A DNA stretch of 64,000 bases from Utricularia gibba (lineage: Eukaryota; Plantae; Magnoliophyta): the NCBI GenBank assembly GCA_002189035.1, contig CM007991.1, forward strand, positions 1,054,001-1,118,000, in the 5' to 3' direction. The position numbers and the translations under genes are program-made. How positions within the stretch are numbered: position 1 is the stretch's first letter; each line of letters starts with the position of its first letter. Positions 47,374 through 58,867 of the stretch are shown piece by piece. The notes below the pieces were generated by a model. The model made no database searches, had not been told where the DNA came from, and saw nothing but the letters and a program-made list of their open reading frames with translations.

Positions 47374-47979
47374 AGAGATGTCTCTGGTATGCAGCAATAC
47401 ATTTGAAGTAGATGAATGGAATGATCGTCTTTCAATGGAAATGATGTCATCTAGGCTAGCAAGACCCGTGAATATTATTTGCCTAATTCTTTCATTGGGA
47501 CTGGTTCCATGTTCACAGTACATCATGGTCCATACACATCTGTGCCCAGGGGAATGCTGTAACTGCTTAAACTAGCACTGGAGGACTGATAGTGAAATTC
47601 GTTAATGAGATTGTGTAAATTTAGTGTGTGATGATTGTAAGGGAATGATGCTTTCGATTGATGCATTTCTTGCAACAGTTTTGAGAGTGGACCGGCAAAT
47701 TGAACTTTGCAACATTTGAGGAAATGGAAACTCCTAAGAATCCACACCTCAAGTTTTAATGTGCACCATTAAAGTAGAGGTGTAAGCAAGCCTAAGCCGT
47801 AACCATCCATCATAAGAATTCATTCATTGAAGAGGAGCCACCAACAAACAAAAACAAGGTGGGGGAAGTAACAACACAAACAGCAATCTCCTTAAAAATT
47901 AGAACTAAAATCCTATATATCCTCCAATGCAAGAAATACATACAACCCGAAGGCATTAGGTGACGTTAGAATCTCGGGA

Positions 47980-49119
47980 TCATACGCCACCAACAAGACT
48001 GGTGGGGGACTGCTGGCTGGGATTGAAGAGGCTCAGTTCCACAAAGACTTCGTCCTTGTCTGTTTTGTGAAAGGATATGGATCCACGCTTTCCAGATGCA
48101 GAGGAAACTCTTGATGGACTAACCATTGTGCTTTCATCAAGGGGGCTACCGTTGGCAATCAAGGAGATGGTTTCGGCATACTCTGTGCCTGCCCTCATTG
48201 ATGGCCCTGTGCATCTTTGCAGACTCCTTAGAGATAGAGAATCTGCAATAGGGAGGTATACAAGCATGTAGATACCGACCCCAGCGCAGCTTACTAGAGA
48301 GAGAAATGCTAAGAATGACATTGCATCAAAGAGGAGTCTCTCTGGATTAGATAGGACAGATAAACCAAGTAGAAGAACCCTCAGTGGAAGAGAACTCGAA
48401 ATACAAAAGATTAAAGTGTATACTCTCCGCTGCAAAACCTTATTTATAACCAGATGAAGAATTTGCCTACCAAGCCAAAATAAGTAAGCAGTCACAGCTG
48501 TGGCAAAAATCCCAAGTAATATGGTACTCAATAGCGGATAAGTGCAGAGAGCTACATCATCACGTGCCTTGGATGTAGAAGCTGCTTCAACAAAATAAGA
48601 AGCAAGCTTGGGGTTGACTTCTCTCCTGTACTTGGGTCCGATTAAAATGACTACGAGTTGAAGTATAAGCATAGGAAAGCAAAACAGAAGAACAGAACTG
48701 GCAGTTTTCCAGTTCCAATTCGGGCTTAGCATTCCTGTCTTATGCACGGATGCACGAAGAAGAAAGATCAGGGTGAGAAACAAGCAAGGTTCCGCAAATC
48801 CAAGGTTTGAAATAATGTAGCACTTGCAAACATTGTCCTGCAATTTTGAGTTCAATGCATACAGCGTCTTCCCATTGTGTCTCAAAAGATTCAACCTGAT
48901 AATCTCGCCAGTACCCCACCAAACCGCAAAGAGGATGTAAAAAATCCTGATAATCCAGGGACCGGTGAAGTAATTGAGCTGAAAGAGTCCTTGCCCAAGG
49001 ATCTTGCTGCGGAAGTGAAATGAATATATGATGCAAAATAATCCTAAGACAACCAGTATAGCAACCAGGAAGATAGTCGCCACACCAAAGGCATCAGCAA
49101 TAACACTTTCCAGGGGCAT
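47980..49119 (-). CDS. Cand1-like multi-pass (putative 7TM) membrane protein, intronless CDS
   Basis: MPLESVIADAFGVATIFLVAILVVLGL, GPWIIRI, SNLGFAEPCLFLTL, VALCTYPLLSTILLG, FVELSLF; resembles Arabidopsis At1g57680 (Cand1) from recall. First in-frame ATG at 49119. Confidence 0.85.
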   Translation of the reverse strand: MPLESVIADAFGVATIFLVAILVVLGLFCIIYSFHFRSKILGQGLFQLNYFTGPWIIRIFYILFAVWWGTGEIIRLNLLRHNGKTLYALNSKLQDNVCKCYIISNLGFAEPCLFLTLIFLLRASVHKTGMLSPNWNWKTASSVLLFCFPMLILQLVVILIGPKYRREVNPKLASYFVEAASTSKARDDVALCTYPLLSTILLGIFATAVTAYLFWLGRQILHLVINKVLQRRVYTLIFCISSSLPLRVLLLGLSVLSNPERLLFDAMSFLAFLSLVSCAGVGIYMLVYLPIADSLSLRSLQRCTGPSMRAGTEYAETISLIANGSPLDESTMVSPSRVSSASGKRGSISFHKTDKDEVFVELSLFNPSQQSPTSLVGGV

Positions 49120-50535
49120 TACCCAAAACACAGATGCCAAGCATGCTCGAAACTCCTCTTACTTAGAAGTGATTTTCCAAAACAATGCAACAGAGACAAG
49201 GGGCAACTAAAGAACACCCTCCAAAAAATCATATGCGCGCACTTGATACTCGAAAGACTGCTTATAAACTCTTCTGTTGATGAACAGAAGACTTAAAGAC
49301 TGTTCCTTTAAACGTTGCGACCCCTGCCTTATCAGTAAGTCAGCCGAAACCTCAATCCAAAAGGTAAGAACCAACAGGAGCAACCCTTCAGGCTGCAAAC
49401 CCAGTACCTTCAAAAAGAAAGACAGATTTAATTTCAACAGATAACCAGGATAATGTGAACAGATCATTCGCAAGAATCAACAGGTGCAAAGTAAGTGCCA
49501 ATGATAGGAGAATGGTACGCTGAGCACAGAAACACTTGCAAAAACTCCCAAAAAGTATCTCATATTTGAAGAGACAACAGCCAAAAACAACACGACCACA
49601 CACAACAAAAAGATCACGCCAAAAACGCACAACTAACTTAAATAATCCACAGGGTAACTCCAACACATCAAATGAGAAAAAAATTCACGGGAATTGAAAA
49701 GAAAAAAACCCCAAAACCTAAAATTGAAATGGGGGAAAAAGAATAAGCACATAAAACTTACCCCTTCCAAGTCAAAGATCCCGGAGATTATGCGACAAAC
49801 ACCAGAGCCAAAATTGCTGAAAAGAAACACTAATGGGAAGCAAGAAAATGTGGAAGAAAAAACAACGGACGATAGAGAAGAAGATGGTGCAGAGGCGCTT
49901 CCGTGCTGACAGGCGACAGCCTATCGCCAGCAAATTTTAGAAAATAAATTAAAATTAAAATTATTTTTTTAATATTCTTCAAGAGTTAAAATCCATGAAA
50001 AATCTCTTCACTGCTAAAGAGAAGGCGGGTTACTGATTTATTTTTATTTTTATTTTGAATCTCTATTTTTTTAATATGTGTTTTTTTAAATGTTGCCATG
50101 TGCGTGCTTGATTTTTACAGTTTACCCAAAGCGGTTAAAAGTAAAAAGCCCAATTTCACTGCGGTTTGCGCGCACTCAGATCAGTATTGAATTGATTGGT
50201 TTTCTGTTTTCGATGCGGTGTCTGACACGTCTTGCGAGTATTGTTTTGTGACAAAGTTCCAAAGATCAACGATCTCTCTTTCTGCTCCACTCGCTGCCAA
50301 TCGGAGTCGCATTGCAGGGGAATGTGCATGCTGCATGAGTGAAACGAAAGCCGAAAAGGAAGAAGTGGCAATTTTCGGTTATTTTGTATGAGGTTGAGTT
50401 GAGTTGAGGTGCATTTTTCTAGTTCCTGCTATCAGAAGTTGCTCGTCTCGTTTCTTCAGTTCATTTGCAGTAATACTTGATGGATGATATATGTGCAGTG
50501 AGAGGAGTACAGAAGCAAGTTTCCTTGCGTGAGTG

Positions 50536-53374
50536 ATGAAGAGCAAACGCAAGAAGAGGAGGGTTGTCGTGAATAAGGAGGACAATTCAGAAAACTGGTG
50601 TTTTGTTTGCAAAGATGGCGGCAGTCTTCGTATCTGTGATAGCAAGTTTGTGCCTTTCTATTCCTGCACATGTTTTTTTAAATGACATGTAATCGCAGAT
50701 TGATTGTTTTTTTGCCACTTGGAAGAAATTAATTAGCTTAGTTCTGCGTTACCTTAATGCAGTTCTGGTAAGTGGTTTTTCGTGCTTGTAAATGTGAAAG
50801 TATGAATATCATGAGCAGAACTAGTTTTGATAACTGAGGAGAACCAAACTTACTCACCTACGTTAGTTTTCAGAGATTTTTGTACAATGCTCTTTCGTTT
50901 TTTTCAGGGACTGTGTGAAATCTTACCATCCTGAATGCGTTGGAAGGGATGATTCGTTTCTAGAAAGTGATAAGATCTGGGTTTGTGGTAGGTAAATTCA
51001 AATGTTGTTTCACAATATGACTAAACTTAAATGATAAGTGCTGACTTTGTGTGGAATATTACCATCCTTGCTCTTTCACTTGGTTAACACCAGTTAAGGC
51101 AGATGGACGCCGTATCATTACTCACCCTTTCAGAGAGAGAGAGAGAGAAACCGACTCTGACTTTGAAAAGGATTCTTGTTTTTTGCAGCACGGCATTCTT
51201 GCTTTCGTTGTCGGAAATCTTCTAGTTTTCATTGCTACACCTGTTCAAATTCTGTATGTCGCCGCTGCTTACCGGCCTCTGATTTCCTGCAACTCAAGGA
51301 GATAAATGGATTCTGCTCTGTCTGCTTGAGGCTTGTGCTGCTTATTGAAGAGAACAAGGATTACGACTCAGATGGTGTATGTTCTTTCTCAACAGCTAAT
51401 GCACGCTCTATGGTTTCTGATGGTGGCTGCCTGCAATTTGCATGAAAACATTTTTTTTGTGTGTGAATGCGAAAGTTAAAGCTTTCATTTTATATAATTT
51501 CTCATGGTTTCCTTTTTTTTCCAGGAAAAAGTTGATTTTAAGGACAGAGAAACATGTGAGGGTTTATACATGGAATATTATTTGATCATTAAAGAGCAGG
51601 AAGGGTTTGGGGTCAATGATATTGTTGATGCAATAGAAAGAAAGGAGAAAGAGGGCAGCAAATATAGTTCTACTTCTGAGGAATTTGAGGACAAGGAGGA
51701 ATCACAAACCCATGATAGTAATGATGATGATGAGGAAGAGGAGGGGGAGGAAGAGGAAGAGGAGGATGAGGTGTACATGAAAAAGAAGAAAGGATGGACC
51801 AAGGCAAATCGTCATGAAAAAGTGCCTGCCTTAAAAAATTCAGTGAATTCGAATAATCTGGAGTTTGTTGGATGGGGTTCAAGTGTCCTGATGGACTTCC
51901 TCAAGTCAATTGATAGGAGAACCAGTGAAAAGTTGTCTCAGAATGAGGTGACATCCATTGTAAATCAGTATGTTAAAGCAAAAAATTTGTTTCATCCACA
52001 GAAGAAGCGAATGATACTGTGTGATGAAAGGCTACAACTTCTGTTTGGGAAAAAAATGATTAGTAAACTTCGAGTGTATGAACTCCTGGAGACCCATTTT
52101 TCCAAAGAGAAAGATGATTCTGAAGATGATCAGCTGGACTCTGAGTCTGAAAGTGATTCTGATGATGTTGAAACTAAAAGTCAAAGGAAGCTGGATTCAG
52201 GGAAGAACACCCAAAAAAAAGGAGGGAAAATCACTGCCCTTCAGAGTCTCTTTGCTTCCATTACAGTTGAAAACATGAAACTCGTTTACTTGAGGAGAAG
52301 CTTGCTACGTGAATTACTAAAGAATCCAGCATCAATTGAAGAAAAGGTTATTGGATGCTATGTTCGAGTAAAATCTAGTCTATGTGGTAATCATACAGAA
52401 AATCTTTACAGGCTCATACAAGTTAAGGGTTAGTTCAATGCAGCCTACTTTTACAACAGTGTACTGTTACATCTATCATCCTTGTTCATTTTTCAGCTAA
52501 ATTGCAGATTTTTCCGTTAAATTCAATATCATATTTCTTGCAATTTGAGGTCTCAGGTGTAAGAACAGTTTCAAATGGCGAATATTGTATTTTGTTGCGG
52601 GATACAACTGATGAAGTTTGCATGAGTCTCGTTTCAGACGAGGACTTCTCTGCGGTAGTTGTATTAAAGTTACATTACTTTAAGGTTCCAAGCATTTCCA
52701 GTTATTTATGCATTTTACCATGCTATAACAGGAGGAATGTGAGAAGTTGAAGCAAACTATCCAAGCTGGTCAGCTTGAGAGGCCCACTGTAGTAAGTAGT
52801 AAACTATGCCATGTACGCATGTATTTTTGAACTTGTGGGCTGGTAGATGCAGCATCTTTAATTTAATTTTGAAAGGGGATATGATCACCAAATATCTTCC
52901 TTTGCAGGAGGATCTTCAACGTAAAGCTGAAATCCTACACAAGGATCTCATGAATAATGTATTGTTGTTGTACATCCACTCTGTTGGAATATAATTATTC
53001 TTGTTCGAATGACTTATTACATTTTTTCAAAGTTTTATCCTACTTGTTCAAACGCTTAATGCAGTGGATCAGTAAAGAAATTGCCTTGCTGAATAACCTC
53101 ATCGAGAGAGCCAATGAGAAGGGGTGGAGAGGAGAATATCCTTTCTCAGTTATGTTTTTCTCTGGATTTCAGTGTAAAGTTGTTCTTATGCCTTAGGAGG
53201 TATTAATGTTATAAAGTACTTACAACAGTTATAGTGATCGGGTGCTCTTCCTTAATTCATTGTTTTACACTTTTTGAGTACTTGGAGAGGAGAAGAAAAC
53301 TTCAAGATCCAACAGAAAAGCTGAAGTTGCTTGGAACTGTTCCCACTGTGACCCCAGACCCAGAGATAACTTGA
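50536..53374 (+). CDS. PHD-finger / SWIB-MDM2 / Plus3 domain chromatin protein (NERD/At5g63700/At5g08430-like family, no GYF domain)
   Basis: WCFVCKDGGSLRICD, CVKSYHPECVG, RHSCFRC (PHD); EFVGWGS..NQYVKAKNLFHPQKKRMILCDERLQLLFG (SWIB); NMKLVYLRRSL..KVIGCYVRVK (Plus3); ERANEKGWRGE|LFEYLERR across an AT-AC intron. Confidence 0.88.
53136..53268 (+). other. U12-type (minor spliceosome) AT-AC intron
   Basis: 5' ATATCCTTT, branch site TTCCTTAAT at 53248-53256, 3' AC at 53267-53268; removal restores GA|A CTT TTT GAG TAC (E-L-F-E-Y). Confidence 0.93.
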
Positions 53375-53693
53375 CGCTGCTTCTAATCCTGGAGAAAGCA
53401 CTAGACCGTAGTACTTACTGTGGACTTGCTGGTAGATCCAGATAAAGCATCTACTTTTAGGCCATGGTTACTGGCAGTGAACAAAACTGATGCATTTTCC
53501 TCAAGCTTTTTTTGAGGCTTATCTGTGCTGCTCCTATTCAGAATCATGAGCTTTCTCGGATGTGAAAATTTTGTTTTGAACCAACAATCAATGATCTAAG
53601 GATATCCATTCGCAGTTGGTTTCAGTTTTGAATCAAAATGATCACTTTTCTGAGATAATTTTGTGAGCTACCAAAGAACAATTTGATCCATTC

Positions 53694-54903
53694 TCATAGT
53701 TCCATCTTCGAGCTGCCCAACTGGCTGAACAAGATTGCCATGTCCATTCCCTGTACCATCGTGGGCACCACCATATCATAGGGGCAAGACTTGGAGAAGC
53801 CTTTGTTTCCTGATTTCTTGACTTTCTGGATACACCTTTTGAACTTCTCATGACAGTTAATGCTATTTAGACCTGCAGAATGTACAAATTGATAGTATCA
53901 GCTAACCACTGCATCCCTAACTAAGGGAATTTATCATAGCAGTGCAAAACTAATAATAAAGAGAAGAGCATGTTCCATTTGCCACAACATGGAAAAACAG
54001 TGAAAGCCCTTTGAACATAGATGTAGTGTATACATGCATTGGAAGAGCTCCATATCACTGGAGAAGTCTAAATTTGCATCAAACCTTGACCCTTTTCCTC
54101 ATATTCAACACACTAAATCATCTAACCAATTTATCATGCTCATTATCACTCAGGAGTCTAATTTTCATCCACTTCTCTCACACAATGCATACAACAAGAT
54201 CTAAACAAATTTTTCAACATTGGCATGAGCTTAATATAACTCAGAGATCTAAACTGGACACACAAAAAAAAAAATTAATTTTATCCTCTTACACTGCACA
54301 TTACTAGAGCCAACCAACTCACCAAAACCAGAACAAGGTGAACATCACTCGGGAGGCTAATGTGTTTCAAGGGTTCAGTTTTCTCTCACACATTGCACAC
54401 ATCAAGATCCAGCCAACTTGTGGGCACCTCAAAAATGAGCTCAATATCAAGTGATTATGAAAATAGTTACCACGTTTTCCAACACATTCATCATGGATCT
54501 TGCAGCAAGCATCGAGATCATCACAAGGTTTTTCCCCTGGGCATCCAGTCCATCCCACTCCACAGTACTTCCCATACCTGATTCCTAACGCTGAATCGAA
54601 TACAACAGACAAAACCAAACATATTTTTGTGATTGTTAATCAGGGCAAGATCAAGAACTGTGAGAAGAATATAAAATGGCGCTAACCATTACAGTTCTCT
54701 GCGACGCATGTTTTGGAGCAACTGACCTATGATCAACAAGCGAAAATTTTCAATATATATGAGTACGATCGGTTATGAAATTGATTGAAATGAAACAAGA
54801 AGAGCAATGGGATTGCCTCGGAGTCGGAGGAGAGGGACTGAGCAATTCCGAGGAACAAGAAAGCGGCAGCAATGCCTGCAATGATCGACGACCGCCGCGA
54901 CAT
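53694..54903 (-). CDS. Secretory phospholipase A2 (group XI, beta/gamma-like), 4 exons
   Basis: Signal peptide MSRRSSIIAGIAAAFLFLGIAQS; VSCSKTCVAENCN; Ca2+ loop YGKYCGVGWTGC; catalytic LDACCKIHDECV; C-terminus KMEL*. Confidence 0.94.
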
Positions 54904-55126
54904 CCTCTCAAGATCTCACCTTGGCGACTATTCTATAAATTAGCATAACACTCGAAAGTCAGAGCTCCACGATTCGAAGGCCGAAAGCAAGTTGATTGTG
55001 AATTCAGGCCAACTTTGACCATCCCCTACTGTGTAGGCGCCTTGATTACCAAAATTGAAAAAGAGGAGGTGCCATAGTGAAATCTCAAAAGTGATTCATT
55101 CTCCCATGTAAACCGCCGTTCCAGAA

Positions 55127-58100
55127 ATGGCTTCTCCTCCGTCTTCTCTGTCTCCACCCAAAGTGCCCATTGAACTATTCGAGTTGAACCGCAAGAAGCT
55201 ATTAGATTCTTTGCTTCATCACCTCTCTATCTCTTCTCTTCCTCTTCATGGATTTATCCTTCTCCAGGTATCGGTTTTGTTGTAGTTAAAATTTCCTAAA
55301 TTTTTCCGTGGATTTTGATGTAATCTCAGTTTTTGATTCCATAGGGTGGACTAGAGGAGACCCGGCACTGCACTGATCATGTTGAATTGTTCAGGTACTC
55401 TCTTTTACAAATTTTCGATGCTGTTTAGATGCAGGAGTGTTTGATCCTGTGCACTTCGGAAAAGTCCAGACAGGAGAGCTATTTTGCTTACTTGTTTGGA
55501 GTACAGGAGCCTGGGTTTTATGGAGCTATCGTAAGTGAAACCCCTCGTGTTTGAGAATTTTTCTATTAGATTTCATCAAATGGGTATGTGTATTTATGAT
55601 GTACTGGAAACTGTTGGACATGATATACGAAGAAAATACTTTGAAGTTTTTTTAATATTATATGGTTTTGACGTGGTCATATAGAGATAAGATGAAGGTT
55701 TCAGTTTGCTTGGGTTGAGGAGCCCTTAAGTGATGACCTGTTATGGTATTGGAGAAGAGGGATATCATAAACATAGTTTAAAGTTCAGAAATTTTCTATC
55801 GGCCTGACTTGGTTTCTAAATGAAGGATGTGTCAAGCGGGTCATCAATACTTTTTGCTCCAAGACTACCAGCTGATTATGCAGTTTGGATGGGAGAAGTC
55901 AAGCCACTGTCCTATTTCAAGGTGAATGACCAGTATTCTATACATATATCAACTGTTTTTCGGTGTCAGTATGCATTTCTCGTTTACAGGAGAAATACAT
56001 GGTGACCTCTGTCTTTTACAACGATGAGATTACAAAAGTTCTGCTACACCAATACCATGGGAGTGGAAAGCCATTGCTTTACCTCTTGCATGGGCTCAAT
56101 ACTGACAGCAATAATTTCTCCAAACCTGCAAGTTTCGAGGTTCTTAATTTTTTTTTTTACTTGAATGATATCTAATGAAAGGTCAAAGTTGGATCTTTTT
56201 TTTTTCTTACGTCAATTTAGGGTATTGACAACTTTGAAGTTGATCTAATTTCTTTGCATCCGGTTTTGACTGAGTGTCGTGTCATAAAGTCACCACTTGA
56301 ACTCGCACTCATCCAATTTGCTAATGACATAAGCTCTGAAGCTCATGTGGAGGTAGGCATTCTAAACTAGTTATATTTTCATTCTTACCATTTAATACTT
56401 GGGATGTGGTTTTCATTGCAGTGTCGTATGAGCTGGAAAGAGATTTTTGTTTTTTTCTCCTCTGTTATGTTATGTTATGTGCTTTTTTGTGGGCTGGGAT
56501 TTTATTTGTTCTCACCTTGTTATGCAGTTTAGCAAATCAATAGCTTTTTCACAGCAATTCCTCATTGCATAATTATGAATGTGCATAACAATTTGAAACC
56601 TTTACATGATATATATTTTTTGAGTAGGTTATGAGGAAAGCAAAAGTGGGGATGAAAGAGTATCAGCTGGAAAGCTTGTTCCTTCATCACACGTACATGT
56701 ATGGTGGTTGTCGACACTGTTCATATACATGTATATGTGCAACTGGTGGCAACAGGTAGCTTTTTTCCTCTGAGTTCCATTTTTGTTAGAATGTTATTCC
56801 CCAACAAAAGTATGATGTCCAGGTGGTTAATTAGCATGCACTCTTTGACCCTTTGACAATTGGAAACAATGTGAATTGTATGTCCAGAGAATTAGGGAAA
56901 AATTTAATATTTCTTTCTGCAGTGCCGTCCTGCACTATGGTCATGCAGCAGCGCCTAATGATAAGGTACGGTAATATTTGGTCTTTCTGGATTCTAGCCA
57001 TAAAATTTGTGCTTTCAGTGTTAACAAATGGTACATCAGGAGACATGCTTTATAAAATTTTGATTGAATTTTTTAGGCACTAGGAACAGGCTATAGCGGC
57101 TTTATAGAATCAGCTTTATTTCTAACATCACTCTATCACTGGTCCTTGTAGACTTTGGAGTCTGGTGACATGGCCTTACTTGATATGGGAGCTGAATACC
57201 ATTTTTATGGTTCAGACATAACATGCTCCTTCCCGGTGAGAATAGAAATATGATCATTTCTAGATCTGTACATGTGTAAATTCTATGATATTCACGAATG
57301 TGTAAACTTTTTAGTGACATCTGACAGTGTAGCCGTTTCCATATGTACTAAGGTTGAGGTCTATTAATGATGTAATTTGACCGTGCATGCAGGTCAATGG
57401 GAAATTTACCCACAATCAATCTCTTGTGTATAATGTGAGAAATTCTATCTCGTTGTTTACTTAGTGACTGGAGATCATTGAAGTGATCTAAGTGTCTGAG
57501 ATTCTTGTTCTCCACATTAGGCTGTCCTTTCCGCACATGATGCTGTCATATCTAGTATGCGGCCTGGAGTAAGCTGGGTTGATATGCACAAGTAATGTCC
57601 CACGTCATTAATGGGCAGTTGCTTTCTTGATTAACTTGTAAAAGTTTATTCATCTAGTAGTTGTTTACCAGCATTTTTATCACTTTCTTTGGTTTTCAGG
57701 CTGGCTGAAAAAAGAATTCTGGAGTCACTTACAGGAGTAATCCTTGTTGGGTATGCATGTGGTTCGTTTGCATGACTTAAGATTCCTTACTGGATCCTGA
57801 CCTGGACCTTTCATTCGAATACTTGAAGTAATGCTGATGATATGGTTCGTGAAAGACTGGGTGCTGTTTTTATGCCTCATGGCTTGGGACACCTTTTAGG
57901 AATTGATACTCATGATCCTGGGGGCTATCCAAAGGTAGTATGAATGGCTTGTTTCAGTATATATATTACCCGTGATTTCTATGATTTTGAAACACTGTAA
58001 AAGGACTTGACGCTCTGAAGCTCGTGACTTAGGGAACTGAGAGATGCAAGGACCCTGGACTCAATGCTTTGCGTACCGGTAGAGAACTGTTGGAGGGAAT

Positions 58101-58643
58101 GGTAAAAAGTTCATATACAAAGCCAAATTATTTTCATTCACAATTACCAATCAGATGTTTAACTTTTTGACCCTGCACTATAAAATAGCCATCTGTTTTT
58201 TTTTTTAATGCTCTTCTTAAGCTATTGTATAAACATGGCTGTTGTAGAGATGCTCTGAGATGATATATCTACAGGTGATAACGGTGGAGCCTGGATGCTA
58301 TTTTATTGATTACTTGCTCCTTCCTGCACTTGAAAATCCTCAGACATCCAAGTTTTTCATCCGTGATGAGGTTCACAGATTCAGAGGTTTCGGCGGTGTC
58401 CGAATCGAAAGTGATGTGGTAACATCTCTGTCTCCCTTCCAATTTAAACTCGGATTCGAAAGCATGTTTAGCCTAATGATGAATGATCCAACAATGCTCG
58501 CTCTCTAAGTGTTATGTTGGTTGCCTCTGCAGTATGTTACTTCGGATGGTTGTATAAACATGACCAAGTGCCCAAGGGAAATACAAGATATCGAGAGAGT
58601 CATGGCAGGTGCTCCCTGGCCAATCAAGCAAAGTGGCCTGTAA
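55127..58643 (+). CDS. PEPD: Xaa-Pro dipeptidase (prolidase, M24B)
   Basis: [15 protein letters not shown]-region [82 protein letters not shown]. Confidence 0.95.
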
Positions 58644-58867
58644 AAGGTAGGTGCCATGAGTTTCTTCTCTCTGATGTGTGTTTTACAGGCAAAACATAGT
58701 TTTTCTGGAACATTATATGCTTTTTAAGTATATCTGTTGCCTCTTATACAAATACAAATACAAACAACCTCGGAGATTGAGAGATACTGTGAAACCCCTG
58801 GCTAATTAAAATCAGTTAGAACACTAACATTGTCTTCTAGTATACTGGAAACAATGAAGAAGGAAGT

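Noticed and set aside
53375-53520. Possible decayed GYF-domain exon after the PHD-SWIB-Plus3 stop
   Set aside because: No W-x-Y-x-DP..GPF motif in any frame I read; GYF-less family members exist.
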